DNA of 64,000 nt, from the NCBI RefSeq assembly GCF_001194135.2, contig NC_068982.1:115777824-115841823 (forward strand), in the 5' to 3' direction. The notes beneath the pieces were generated by a model. It had not been told where the DNA came from. It made no database searches and saw nothing but the letters and a program-made list of their open reading frames with translations. Positions within the stretch are counted from its first letter, which is position 1, and each line of letters starts with the position of its first letter. Positions 13,679 through 25,600 of this stretch are shown here, one piece after another. Origin of the DNA: Octopus bimaculoides (Eukaryota). The position numbers and the translations under genes are program-made.

Positions 13679-14859
13679 TGTGCTGAAATTTTTAAATTCT
13701 AGATTGACAAAGCTTAATACATGCCAGCAAATGGAAATTTGTGGTTTACATAAATGATGGTAGTTCTAACTGGACTATAAATAACTACATCAACATTTGT
13801 TACTGATGAAGTATAACCACACAGAAATACATGACTTAAAGTCTGATGATGTAATTTAGAGCCTAGCTTAGTATATTATTTTACATGCACAGTCTTTAAG
13901 GATAATATCTTCTTCAAGACAAATACTGCAATGAAAGTTTTTCCACATTTGAATGTACATGAATGTCTTAAATGTAAATGTAGACAGCTTTATTTTAATT
14001 ATCTCTGCTTAGTGGAATTAAATTAATTTAATCTTAACAAAGTTTAGCAAATGTATTTTTTTGGTATTTTCATACAAGATCAGCAGTACTTACTCAGCTG
14101 TAAATAGCTGAATAAGTGCCTATAACTGATGAAATACAACTGTGCAGAAACATGTCCTACAATTCATTGACATTAATCAGAAGAACTCAGCTCCATATTG
14201 CTTTTGCATTATATAGTCTATAAGGAAAATACCTTCTCTGAGATAATTATTGCAACAAAAGTCTTCCTATGCTTGTGTGCACATGAGCATGTTAAATATA
14301 AATGTACATAACATTACACACACACACACATACACATGATGTATTTGCTTCCATATAAATTCTACTTTTGTTTCTCAGGTTCTCCATCAATTTAGTATTG
14401 TGCAGTATTTATTGCTATGTAGTGTAACTTAACTGTTTGTGCTTCCTTTGTAAAAGTAAAACATTAATATTATTCTTTCTATTCCTTCAGAATAATCTGA
14501 CACCCGATCCATACACCAAATCATTTGACTTCAATGATGAAACTGTATCCTCTGATCCAGATGACATGCCACTTTATTCAGTTGTTAACAGGAATCGTGA
14601 TCTAACCCCAAGTGAAGGCCCTCCAGAATTTCCTGATACCATAGATGAGCCTCAACCAAGCCCTTCAGATGCATTTTCAGATCCAGAGCCTGTTATTACA
14701 ACGTCTGTAGCAGATCCAGTTGAAGAACCACAAATTGAATGTGAATTGGAACCTGATATTGAACCAGAGCCATTCCAGAGACAGAATTCAGATTATTTTC
14801 CTCCACCAACACCTGAAGATGAACCTGTTATTGTAACAGAACCAGATCAAGCTAGATAA
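1..14859 (+). CDS. 3' end of an unidentified gene: five exons (1-45, 2648-2749, 6933-7016, 10148-10390, 14491-14859) encoding a disordered acidic/Pro-rich C-terminal region
   Basis: Each exon has a polypyrimidine-CAG acceptor and a GTAAGT donor, all phase 0, and they splice into one stop-free frame: HDEMLEGGLGNNGVP|PIIFTFDEVPPDG...GREH|PDQFMYDTVSQRPETPAPYSERNSRRSG|QNEPAFDSASY...AHGSS|NNLTPDPY...EPDQAR*. No recognisable domain. Confidence 0.82.
164..735. mobile_element. Non-autonomous foldback/MITE-like element with nested perfect inverted repeats and a central telomeric-repeat core
   Basis: 37-bp perfect IR (164-200 / 699-735), 72-bp perfect IR (328-399 / 505-576), and (CCCTAA)n-(TTAGGG)n at 434-496. 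CpG-rich relative to flanks. Confidence 0.8.
1040..1275. repeat. Compound (GGT/GTT/GAT)n microsatellite; similar tracts at 9195-9363, 31790-32060, 52990-53345, 63790-64000
   Basis: Direct inspection; explains the homopolymeric ORFs in the track. Confidence 0.9.
2955..3174 (+). mobile_element. Right-end fragment of the same mariner family
   Basis: IIT.DET.VY remnant followed by TIR TTGAATGCACCTCA|TA. Confidence 0.7.
3590..4503 (-). mobile_element. Internally deleted mariner (Tc1/mariner) element with long TIRs and TA target duplication
   Basis: TA|TGAGGTGTGTTCAAAAA ... TTTTTGAACGCACCTCA|TA, with ~200-bp imperfect TIRs. The minus-strand transposase remnant ends near the first catalytic D motif. 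Confidence 0.85.
4640..5345. repeat. Degenerate minisatellite (~20-nt unit GTGCACAATTATCAGTGGGT-like)
   Basis: TGCACAATTATC / ATATCAGTGGGTG recur many times. Confidence 0.7.
7580..7960. repeat. AT-rich degenerate minisatellite (ATTACTTACAATATAAGGTTTTGTT-like); other degenerate arrays at 12170-12340, 16750-17120, 43740-44010, 56000-56520, 57600-58020
   Basis: Recurring units visible by eye. Confidence 0.65.
9365..9873 (+). mobile_element. 5'-truncated R4/Dong-clade non-LTR retrotransposon (restriction-like endonuclease end of ORF)
   Basis: CQHYG...WY.H.PEKV.ENE..TILWD..I.TDR.I.ANRPDIVV...CFLIDVSIP.D.N...KE.EK..K and terminal GTAHILRK. Flanked by (AAT)n on both sides; internal gap at 9608-9730. 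Confidence 0.88.
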
Positions 14860-14926
14860 TATGGCATTACTCTCTGGTTAAGCTTTCGTGATATTAGTCA
14901 TTCATGTAACAATGATGATGATGATC

Positions 14927-14962
<36 letters not shown>

Positions 14963-15043
14963 TAATAATATAATAATCAGTAAACAATTGTCACCTTAGT
15001 CTACTGGCTGTGGGCAGCTGACACTTTTCATCATACCCAGCGA

Positions 15044-15049
15044 AATAAA
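15044..15049 (+). terminator. Candidate polyadenylation signal (AATAAA) of the plus-strand gene
   Basis: AATAAA about 185 nt after the TAA at 14857-14859. Confidence 0.4.
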
Positions 15050-15657
15050 ATATTTTCATGATGTAATAATAATAATAATTGTTTAATTTCTTGTTCAATT
15101 TTCTTCATGGAACCTTGAGATCATCGATTTATGAATCATCATCATCATCATCATTTAATTTCCATTTTCCATGCTCACATGTGTTGGATTATTTGATGAG
15201 AGTTTGCAAGTCAGAAGGCTGTATCAAGCTGTATTGTCTGCCTTGGAGTGTTTTCTAGGGCTGGCTGCCCTTGCCCAAAGTGCCACGCAGTGGGACTGAA
15301 CCTGGAACCATGTGGTTGGTAAGCAAGCTACTTACCACACAGCCACTCCTGCATACATGCACACTGAGATCATACATCCAGCAGAGTATGTTGGCTTCAT
15401 TTCCTTCATCCATTCAATAGTCCTCCGCAGTCGCAGCTCATGTTTCACTATCATATAGCTTAGTTATTCATACAAAAGTATCACACTATCTACCTTCCAC
15501 TCTGAGGGAGAAGCTCTTTGTTACCAAAATTGTAATAGCTCACTGAATTTTACCCACTTGGTTATATCCTAGCAATTACACTTTCAGAGAATCCTCCTTG
15601 ATAGTTAATTTGGTTACCTAGGTAATGAAAGCTATCTACTACCTCTAAGGATACCAC

Positions 15658-15703
<46 letters not shown>

Positions 15704-16019
15704 GGTATGTATATATGTATGTATAAACATGAATGTTTGTATCTATGCCTTTTCTCTCCTTTATCCAGTAAAAACTGCTTGGTGTCTAGCTTACTCTCAC
15801 TATTTTTCTTGTTGCTTGCTCCTGACAGTTAGAGGATCTGAGGGAAATAATTATTCAGGGAGTTGTAACACTTGTATAATTGGACAAGTGCAGGAGCCCT
15901 CAACCTGTAGACAAATATTCACACAAACCTTATTCTTTTCGGATGCTGAAAACTGTTTCCCAGCTCTTCGTATCAAGTCTACAACTTTAGAGCAGCCACA
16001 ATCAATGAAGGCTCAATGA

Positions 16020-16300
16020 AAGACAGGTTGGGCGAAGCTGCTGAAATGCTAGGATGGAGGTGTGTAAACATGTGCAGCATGCAAGAAGTAAGATGGAGGG
16101 GTGCCTCAGCCAAACTCTTCACAGAAAAGGATCAAAGGTATGAATTCTTTTGGCAACAGTGACAGTGTTGGGGGTGCAGGTATACTTTTGGAAGAGAAGT
16201 GAGCTGATAAAGTGATTGAGGTAGTCAGAGTATGTGGTAGGGTAGTTAAGCTTAGATTTTTTTGGAAAATACATCAACATTATTTCTGCATATGCTCTTT
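16020..16300 (+). mobile_element. RTE APE-endonuclease fragment, degenerate
   Basis: Translates to ..QE.RWRGASAK..T.K..Y.FFW...D.VGG.GILLEEK..DKV.EV.RV..RV.KLR..IISAYA with stops and frameshifts. Confidence 0.7.
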
Positions 16301-16406
16301 AATCTGATAATGAGGGTGATGTATGTGCATGCGTGTATACTTATATGTATATAGTGTAAAAATAAAGTAAAAGACGAAGACAGAATTACAAACTCCTCAG
16401 TTTCCA

Positions 16407-16412
16407 TTTATT
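16407..16412 (-). terminator. Candidate polyadenylation signal (AATAAA) of XPR1
   Basis: TTTATT on + at 16407-16412, downstream of the inferred XPR1 stop. Confidence 0.5.
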
Positions 16413-16606
16413 AAACAAATATTTCATATAAACTATTCTTTCACCCGTTAAGTTAGTCAGATATGTTAAAAAAATATCATCCAATTTTTAGACTTGTCTC
16501 TGTCATATATCAACCATGTATATGTATAACTATGTAAATGTGTGTTGTATTTCCTGCAATCTTTAATATAGTGGTCATAAGGGTTATGTCAGAAAAGATG
16601 AAACTT

Positions 16607-16658
16607 TTAGTCATTATCATCTTCATAATTCACCCAAATCTTTGGATCTTTGCGATTT
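16607..16658 (-). CDS. XPR1: XPR1 probable terminal coding exon ([17 protein letters not shown])
   Basis: ATTTCAG acceptor with matching phase 2. The peptide resembles the vertebrate tail (K.RD.K...ED.DD). AATAAA lies about 195 nt downstream. Confidence 0.78.
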
Positions 16659-19600
16659 CTGAAATATAAAAATCAAAAACAACATGAATATCATAACAAA
16701 CAGATTTGTATGGCTGGTTACAATATTATTATCTACTCCTCTAAACTTTCTTCATAGGTGAGTGTATAATGGTTTCTATTTGATGGAAGAAATTAGAGGT
16801 TTATGAACCCACTTCTCACTTCACATGAGTTTTGTGACAACTGTCACACTTGCAGATGTATGATTCCTCCGCTTCATAAGTGAGTAGTTTATGGCCTTTA
16901 TAAGTAAATAGAGACTTTCACTTACTGAGTGGCTTATGATCTGCTCACTTCAGGGGCGAGTAGCTTTTGATATCAGTTTAAAGGTGAGCTGTACAAGGCC
17001 TCCACAACATTAAAAATAGCCTACATTCCCCTAGTTCATGGGTGAGCAGCTTATGATTACCCATTTCATGGGTGAATGGATTATGCAGGTTTTATGGGTG
17101 AATGGTGTATTACTACCCATTACATGATATTCAGTTGATGGCTGAGAAATTAATAACAAGAAAAATGCAAATATTAAAAATATCTATTCAACCATCTCAT
17201 AATTAAATGCCTAAATTGGTAATCCCATCTCACCTCTGATTGCAAAAAAAAAAAAAAGCTTTCTTTGTTAGAGTCATAAATCTCTAAAAAGATTTATACA
17301 ATTTCCATAATTGTTGAACACTCTTGTGGTTTGGTTTCTGTAGTTGCTTTAGGTCAAGTAGAGTAAGTATATGTTGTTCAAGAGTGGAATTTTCTAACAA
17401 TGTCTATAGCAAGTATAAATCAAACATGTATTCCATGTGTTATTCTATCAAACAATATACTGGAACTATTATTTTATTTTCAGGTCAAACGAGATTGAGG
17501 AAAGCCATGACCAAAATAAGTTCAGCAATGAATAACTCAGGGTTGTAGTGTGTCTAGATCTACATTGTCTTATGTGGCCTTCCTTATTTAAGACAGAAGG
17601 ATTCAGATTACTCTGTCAAATGTAATGCTTATATGTTAACATCATCATCATCATCGTTTAACGTCCGTTTTCCATGCTAGCATGGGTTGGACGATTTGAC
17701 TGAGGACTGGTGAGCAGATGGCTACACCAGGCTCCAATCTGATCTGGCAGAGTTTCTACAGCTGGATGCCCTTCCTAACGCCAACCACTCCGAGAGTGTA
17801 GTGGGTGCTTTTACGTGCCACCGGCACGAAGGCCAGTCAGGCAGTACTGGCAACGGCCACACTCAAAATGGTGTATTTTATGTGCCACCTGCACAGGAGC
17901 CAGTCCAGCGGCACTGGCAACGATCTCGCTCAAATGTCTTTAGACGTGCCACCAGCACGAGTGCAAGGAAGGCGACGCTGGGCACAGGTGCCATCACGAT
18001 TTCGCTATCGCTTGCCCCAGCTGGTCTTCACAAGCCAAGTTTTGTGTCCTGCATAGGAGCTAGTCCAGCGTTAACATTGTTTTGAATTAATCATGCATTA
18101 TCTTGTAGCTTAAAGATCTCAATGATGTGATTATTTATTTGTAGAATGACAGGGCAGTTGTAAGAGGCCAGATTTGGCCAGTTTGAACATAAAACAGGTA
18201 GAATATTTGGGCTGTATATGGCTGGTTTAAATACTAGGGGTTAAGGACAATATTGCAGCTATTCCTAGCAGTTCAAATCATCTACATAGAAGTTCTTCAA
18301 CAAAATGTTGCAGTATAATCTCAAATCAATCCTGAACCAGCACACTAATGATTACAGGTATTTTGGCCATGTCTTCCATCATTTTAGGATACCTAAGATT
18401 ACATTAACTAATGTGTTCTGCAACTATTTTGAGCAGTTCAGATGTTATTTGGGGCAGATGTTTTGACTGTTATTTCTAACAGTTTGAGTGACAAAGGAGT
18501 TGTTTCTTCATTGGCTCATTCATAAACTCTGAAATAATAAAGTGAGAGAATATACCGTTCCATGAACCTATCTCGATACTTTCGTGGCCCTAGCCCGTCT
18601 GGGTCATCCATCATTTCCATCAGTAAGGCTTGATCATTTGATTCAATTGGGGCTATAGAAATGTCCCGCACAGCTCGGAACTGACCACAGTTATTCAGGT
18701 GCTCATTCTCCAGACGGAAGTAGTTCCAAATGAATCTTCTGTAAAATGGAAAAGGGGGTAGATATGAGAACATACAACAGCAGCAATAATAATAATAATA
18801 ATAATAATGATAATTTATGCATATTGCGTAAAGTACTGTCTGTCTGAGGTCCTTGTTGTGACTTGACAAACAGTACAAACCCCCCGTAGACACAATATCT
18901 TCAATCAACAACCTCATGATATTGTATACTGTGCGATGTTTACAATAATAATAATAACTAGCTGGACCGGTGAAAAATTCACAGGAAACATACAAAATGT
19001 AACCATCCATAAATTGTGTGCTGGTGCCATGAGAAATGTTTCTGTATTGTGACAGTTACAGAATAAAGTGTAAAACCGATAACTATATCATCCAACCAAA
19101 ATATCTCAGTTATGCAAACATAAACGGAATTACTATTTAGCCTTACAATACATCGTACATATTCAAAGAGCCTTCTTGGTTTAGTGGTACTGAATGTTCT
19201 TCTGGTATTCTTTTATTCTCTTACTTGTTTCAGTCATTTCATGGTGGCCATGCTGGATCACCACCCTTTAGTTGAAGAAATCGAACCCTGGACTTATTCC
19301 CTGTAAACCTGGTGCTTATTCAGTCTCTTCTGCCAAAAAATACACCAACATCGGTTGTCAAGCAATGGTGGTGGGGAGACAAACACAGACACAAACACAC
19401 ACACGCACACAAACACACACACGCACACAAACACACACATGCACACAAACACACATCATCCTACCAAATTTCCCTTTAAATACTCACTGGTAGGCTCCAG
19501 CAACCAACACCAACTAAATGTCACATGACACTGTCTAAGCTTCAACTGACCAATGGAGTGTGAAGGGCACGTAGTTTTGGTCCACGCCCTCTCTAAACCT

Positions 19601-22600
19601 GCTTTCCAACAGTGTTGTGTTAGTTTCAGTTCCAGCAGTCAGAACTGACCAGCTGTTTGGTGGTACAAGCCTTTGAACCAGGAGGGCGTGCTATGAACGA
19701 ATCGCTACATTGGCCTACTTATCAATCAGCGATGCTGCTTAAGTGTCAGCCAGCATCATATAGTGCCGCTATTTCCCAGTCGGCATGTTACGGCTTTCAA
19801 GCCATTCTGGGTCTTCTCGTTTCAGCCATATGTAGAAGCTGGCTTTGTTGACTGCCTCCTGTATCCTCCTTATTATTTTACTCAGCTCTGAGCTTGAAAA
19901 TGCAAACCTTCTTTTAAATAAAGTCACCATTTTCCATTCAATGAAGCCTCTAGCCCTCACTGCCAGGTGGTAACACTTGACAGTCCATCTCTGCACACTT
20001 TGATTAATCTCTCATACCTCTTCTCCTTCTGTTGCTCTGCATCAGCGATGTTCTCTTCCCATGGCACCGTCAGCTCTAGCAAAATTCCAATTTTCCATTC
20101 TGTGTTCAATAGGATTAAGTTCAGTCTTTTTGTTGTTTTTATGAGAGGAAATATTAACAGTCCTTCCAAATTTGTGGCCAGCTCCCAGTATCCCTTCCAT
20201 CTTTCGTCTGTCTCGTATACTTTATTTGAAGGCCTGGTCTTATGTCCTTTTCCCTCCTTCCGGAAGTATATCCTTCCATGCTTTTCCACTTTTAGGTACT
20301 CTCCCCTATTAAATCCCTTGATCTTCTTGAGTGCTGTACTTATGACACTGAGGACTTGACTGTGATGCCATGTGTATCTGTATAGTGCTAGCTTGCAGTT
20401 TGACAGAACATGTCTCAATGTTACTTTCTCTCCGCATCTACATTCATCAGCTGTTTGTATGTTCCACCAGACTAAATTCGCTGGTGAAGGTAAAACATCA
20501 AAGGTAGACTTGATCAGGAAGGATGTCCTTGTTTGTTCCCAAGCCCAAAGTTCCTTCCATGAGATTCTGCGACTGACCACATATTTCTCCCATCTCAGGC
20601 ACTGTCCCTGTTGACGACATTGCACCAAATGTACATTTTGCCTTTCTTCTTCCTCCTTCCTCACTTCATATACCACTGCCTCTTTCATCTCTTTTATACT
20701 GCTCTTGCAAAATGGCTTGAAATTGTGCAACCCTAGACTGGCTCTTGCTTCTTGCATCACTCCAACTATATCAGCATGCCGTAACTTTCCGATCACCCTG
20801 TTTACTGCCACTTACGCTTTCCATTTCCTCCCTGTTCATACCTTTAGAGGGTTTTCTCGGATGTTCTGATCTTTTGAATACCCGAACACAGCTGCCACCA
20901 ACTAAGGGGCATATTTACTACCTTTATGGCCAAAGTAGACTGGTCACTCCTCAGCGTTGTTGTGGAATGCCTCTTGGCCTCATTCTCTACCGGAAATCTT
21001 ACATGTACCATATTTTTTACTCCTGGTGACATGTTTTGGTGCCCTCAAATGGATATGGGGCAATTTTCTACTTGTTGCTTTGGTACCTGCTCTATTTTCT
21101 GACATGTTGTATTATCCTACTCCATGATTGTTGTTTTAGTGGTAGTGATGTTGGTTAGTTATGGTCATATGGCAGTAGTATTTGCCAGGCTTAAAATGCA
21201 CTGAATAAGAGTGGGGAGTAAATAAAAAAAATAAAAAAAAACTCACCGGAAGACTTCTAAAATCATTAGTATCGTACTAGCAACTTCTTTCTGGACCATT
21301 CCATTTTCAATAATAGACACTTTCAGAGTCCATATAAAACGAAGAATAAAATCTTCTAAAATAGCAAAGTAATAATAACCCTGAAATTAAATTTAAACAA
21401 TGCTTGAGAATTTCATCTTTATAAAATTATATTCTGTATTTTTTAATATAACATATTTCTTTCTAAACATGATAGTTTACAGACTTTGTAATTTGATGCA
21501 TTTGTTGATTATACAAAGCTTTTCAGCCTCCAATTATAGGCTGTGTATCATTTGTATTACCTTTTAGAAACCAAATGGATTGAACCCACTGTCAAGTTTG
21601 ATTGCAGGAGAAGGGACAATATTACAATATATGGTGACAAGTTATGAAATACATTATTTACAATTGATGGATATTTGTCCTCATCTTGTTTGTTGTTAAC
21701 ACAACGTTTTGGCTGATATACACTCCAGCCTTCGTCAGGTGTCTTGGGGAAATTTTGAACCTAGGTTCTCATTCCTAAGGTAATTTTCAATGTTATTATT
21801 ATTATTATTATTCAGGTCACTGCCTGGAATCGAACTCGGAATCTTGGGGTTAGTAGCCCATGCTCTTAACCACTACACCATATGGGCAATTATGGAGTGA
21901 ATTTTAGGGCTTATAAATCTAATATTTTCCTATCCTTCCTTAGTACCGGTTCCCATATGCTACTCATATCTGCATTCGGTCTGCTTAGGAGGTTGTTGTG
22001 TCCTAGCATATGTGCTGCTTCTATTAGGTTTCATATTTTCCAGTGGTGTTCTCTGTCTATTATTTTAACTTCCTCCCACAGAGGGAGGTGGTCTCCATTT
22101 TTCCATACATGATCAGCTATACCCGATTCATCAGTATCTCCTCATGTCACAGCATTGCGATGTTCGTCTACCCTTATTTTGAGGGGGGGCATGTTTCACC
22201 TTTTTATAACCTATCACAGCTGCATGGGATGGAGTACACGCAGTTTTTGGTCATATTCTCTTCTATTGGTGGTTTTACTCGAAGGAGATATTTGCGAAGT
22301 GTTGTATTACTCTTGAATACTGTCCTGATGTCATATGGGCTGCATATCTTTTGTATCTTTTCGGAGAGGCCTTTCACACAGGGTAGACAGACTGTGGACA
22401 GCTTATTGGTTTCATCCGCTCTTTTCTTCATAATTGGAGTGGATAGTATGCTTGTGGGGTAGTTGTTGCTTAATAGATTGTTACTGAGCTTGATCATTTC
22501 TTCGTGGTGGGCATCACGATTGCTACTTATATTCTTTGCTTGATGTTTTAGGCACTGAGCAATCCCTCTCTTTACACTGTATGGATGGTGGGAATTGAAC

Positions 22601-25600
22601 TTCAATAACAACATCAAAAAATACCTTAGGAATGAGAACCCAGGTTCAAAATTTCTCCAAGACACCTGATGAAGGCTGGAGGGTATATCAGCCGAAACGT
22701 TGTGTTAACAACAAACACATGACTAAAATAGTTTCCCATGGCTTGGTTATTTGTTGTAGGATAACTTTGATAAGTTTAGAAATGTGAGTAGGTATTATTG
22801 GAGCAAGCACTTAAATATATGATTATTATGCCAGCTAAAAAACTGATGTATGTGCAATATGGTTGAACTCATGCTTCTAGTAGTGCAATATATTCTTAAG
22901 AAAAGATATATTACTCTGCTTCAGCAAAACAATGCAACTTTAGTCAGTGATACTCTGCTTTGGTCAGAATAGCTCTAGACTAGTGAGGGCTATTCAGAAA
23001 CTAGTAAAAACCACTAAGAGCCACACCAGAACAGCAAAGTTTAATAACAATATCACATTTTAATGAATATAACAAAGAGTAATGATTAAATGCAAGGTGT
23101 AATCAGCAATGACAAGGCTACTCAAACAAAAGTAAGGCTTAGTGTCAGTGCTATCCTATCATAGCAAGGACAACCCAGCAATAAAAGTGACACTATTTCA
23201 CAGTTGTAAGGAAATACATCCAGCTTTTTATAAATGTTTATGTACAGTTGTAAGACAATGCAGTATCAGTAATAGCTACTCAGCCCTATAATTGATGATG
23301 ATGATCATAATTATGATGGTTGTAATGAGGATGATTATAATGATGGTGATAATGATGATTATGATGATGGTGATAATGATGGTAACGTAGATGAAGAAGG
23401 GATAATAATGGAGATAATAAGAGATCTGTTGATAGATGTGAAATCTGCTATTAAGTGTGGGAGATGATGACCAAGGACTTACCACATACGTATATGATAT
23501 TTGCAACATTGATATTCCCACTATGTAAGATTGTGGAAGTTAGTTAGATGAAATCAGGGACACACAAACAGCAACAGTTTTACTCATGTTGGGGTTAGTC
23601 ATGGGTGGGGTTAGAGACAACAGACAGACAAGCATCAAGTGCGCTACTCACGTTATAGGCATAAACACACTCTTCTCGCAGAAACTTGTTTTCACCTTTA
23701 GTTTTCTCAAAGAGACCCCAGTCCATCTTGATGTCCCAGGTGAAAGTGTAGCAGGAGCTAATTAGTAGTGCAACAATCCAGGTGTAATAGAAGATGGTTT
23801 GTTCTGTTTCATAGCTGACATCTGCCTCAGCATTGCCATTTATGCCAGCATCAGGAAGAGCAGCATGTTTCTCTGTCAAAATACAAATAAAGAACACAGT
23901 TTATTTTCATCATTTATAAGATTAAAAAAGGAATGAAATATACACGATTTTTTTGAAGACTAGTGAGGCTGATGTGGGTAATTTTTAGTTTGAATATTGG
24001 AGCAATGCCTGAAGGGGAAAATGGGATAGGAAGAAATTCCACAACAAGCTATTCTGGAGAAGTTGAAGATAATTTAAATGAGATGTGGTTGCTATTTCTG
24101 ACACAATGAGCACCAACATTGAGGCTGATTCATTGGATTGTATGTGTGTGTGCGTGTGCGTGATGGTAACAAAAGGACTCTCTCTCAGAGTGAAAGGTTG
24201 ACTATATGATAGTTGTGTATAAACAGCTATACTCTATAGTAGGGAAACATGAGCTCTGACTGCAGAGGACATGCACAGACTAGAGAGAAATAAAGGCAGT
24301 ATGCTCTGCCCACATCCTTGTTAACTCTTACTCTCTTTCTCTCCCTCTTTCTGGCTAGGACCTCCTCTACAGCAAGACATCTGTTTCTGCCTCTCTGTCA
24401 CACTCTAATCTTTCATCATCTGATACAAGATCACCTCCTCCAATTTCCCTTCCCCTCTCAAAGTCACTTGGTAACCCTGCCAGTGCAGGTGCCACTTAAA
24501 AAGCACGCAGTCAACACTGTAAAGTGGTTGGCATTTGGAAGGGCATCCAGCTGTAAAAACCACACCAACACTGACCTTGCCTGTGTGAGTGCCAAATAAA
24601 AAGCACTCAGCCCACTCTATGGAGTGGTTAGTGTTAGGAAGGGCATCCAACTGAAAAGACCATGCCAAAATAGACACAGAAGCATGGTGCAGGCTCCTGC
24701 CTGGTCAACTCCTGTCAAACTGTCCAACTCATGCTAGCACGGAAGGAAGACGTTAAACAATGGTGATGATGATGATCTATATAGATATACATATATATCA
24801 TCATCATTATCAGTGTCCACTTTTCCATGCTTGCACAGGTCAGACAGAATTTGTTGAGGCAGATTTTCTACAACTGTCTGTCATTTCTCATGATGATGAC
24901 AATGGTGAGAATTGTCAGTTTCTCATGAAAGGTTTATTGATGTTACATTCGTACACAATAACAACACCTAATATGCTGTGTTTAGCAAAAGTTTATATTG
25001 AGTATATTGGGTTGTTCTACCTATATATGAAATGGGATAGGAACACATAACATAGGAGAATCCATCTTACCTTTGTACATTTTGTAAATTGAGTGAAATA
25101 TCACAACCAGAAAAGTGGTAGCATACTTCCCGGCGTTTACAATGTGAGGGAATTTTAGGTGAGTATCATTATACCGTCGAAGACATTGAGCAAAACGGAA
25201 CCATGCAGGCAAGCAGTTGACAATAGCTCGGATACCATATTTTGTCTGAAGGCATGTTGAGGCGGCTGAAATAAGTAAACAGAAGAGATATAATTATATT
25301 GGCTTAGTATCAGCAATCAGTTGTAATAGTGAGTTCTAACATACTAAATGTAGTGAGCAAAAAAAAAAAAAAAAATTCAAAATTACTTCTAAATGTGAGA
25401 GAATGAAAGATAAGCACAATAGTTTTGTTTCTTCATAACGTCAGTCATTTTAGATAATTACAATTATTTTTGCTTTCAGCATTAATTTTATCGTCACATG
25501 CTCAACAATTGTTTCATGGGGCGGTGGGTATCTCAAGGTAATAGCCTAAGGAATATAACATTGCTATATATAAATAAACAAGACTTGTCCTTACTTTTAT

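Larger units (their letters stand above)
21650..22717 (-). mobile_element. 5'-truncated Penelope-like retroelement (RT C-terminus + GIY-YIG endonuclease, degenerate) with an inverted copy of its terminal repeat at the 5' junction
   Basis: Translation gives [16 protein letters not shown]...[13 protein letters not shown]...[13 protein letters not shown]....R..EH, typical of PLE ORFs. 22604-22717 is an inverted copy of ~21684-21800, the classic PLE inverted-truncation structure. Confidence 0.9.

Noticed and set aside
18742-19010. N-terminal half of ORF 18516-19010 as coding sequence
   Set aside because: It lies upstream of the acceptor at 18741-18739, includes an (ATT)n run, and the real preceding exon is 21247-21380.
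21813-21885. Functional tRNA-Ser(ACT) gene
   Set aside because: The T-stem and anticodon stem have mismatches, no good acceptor stem is seen, and it runs into an (AAT)n tail. Treated as a tRNA-derived head.
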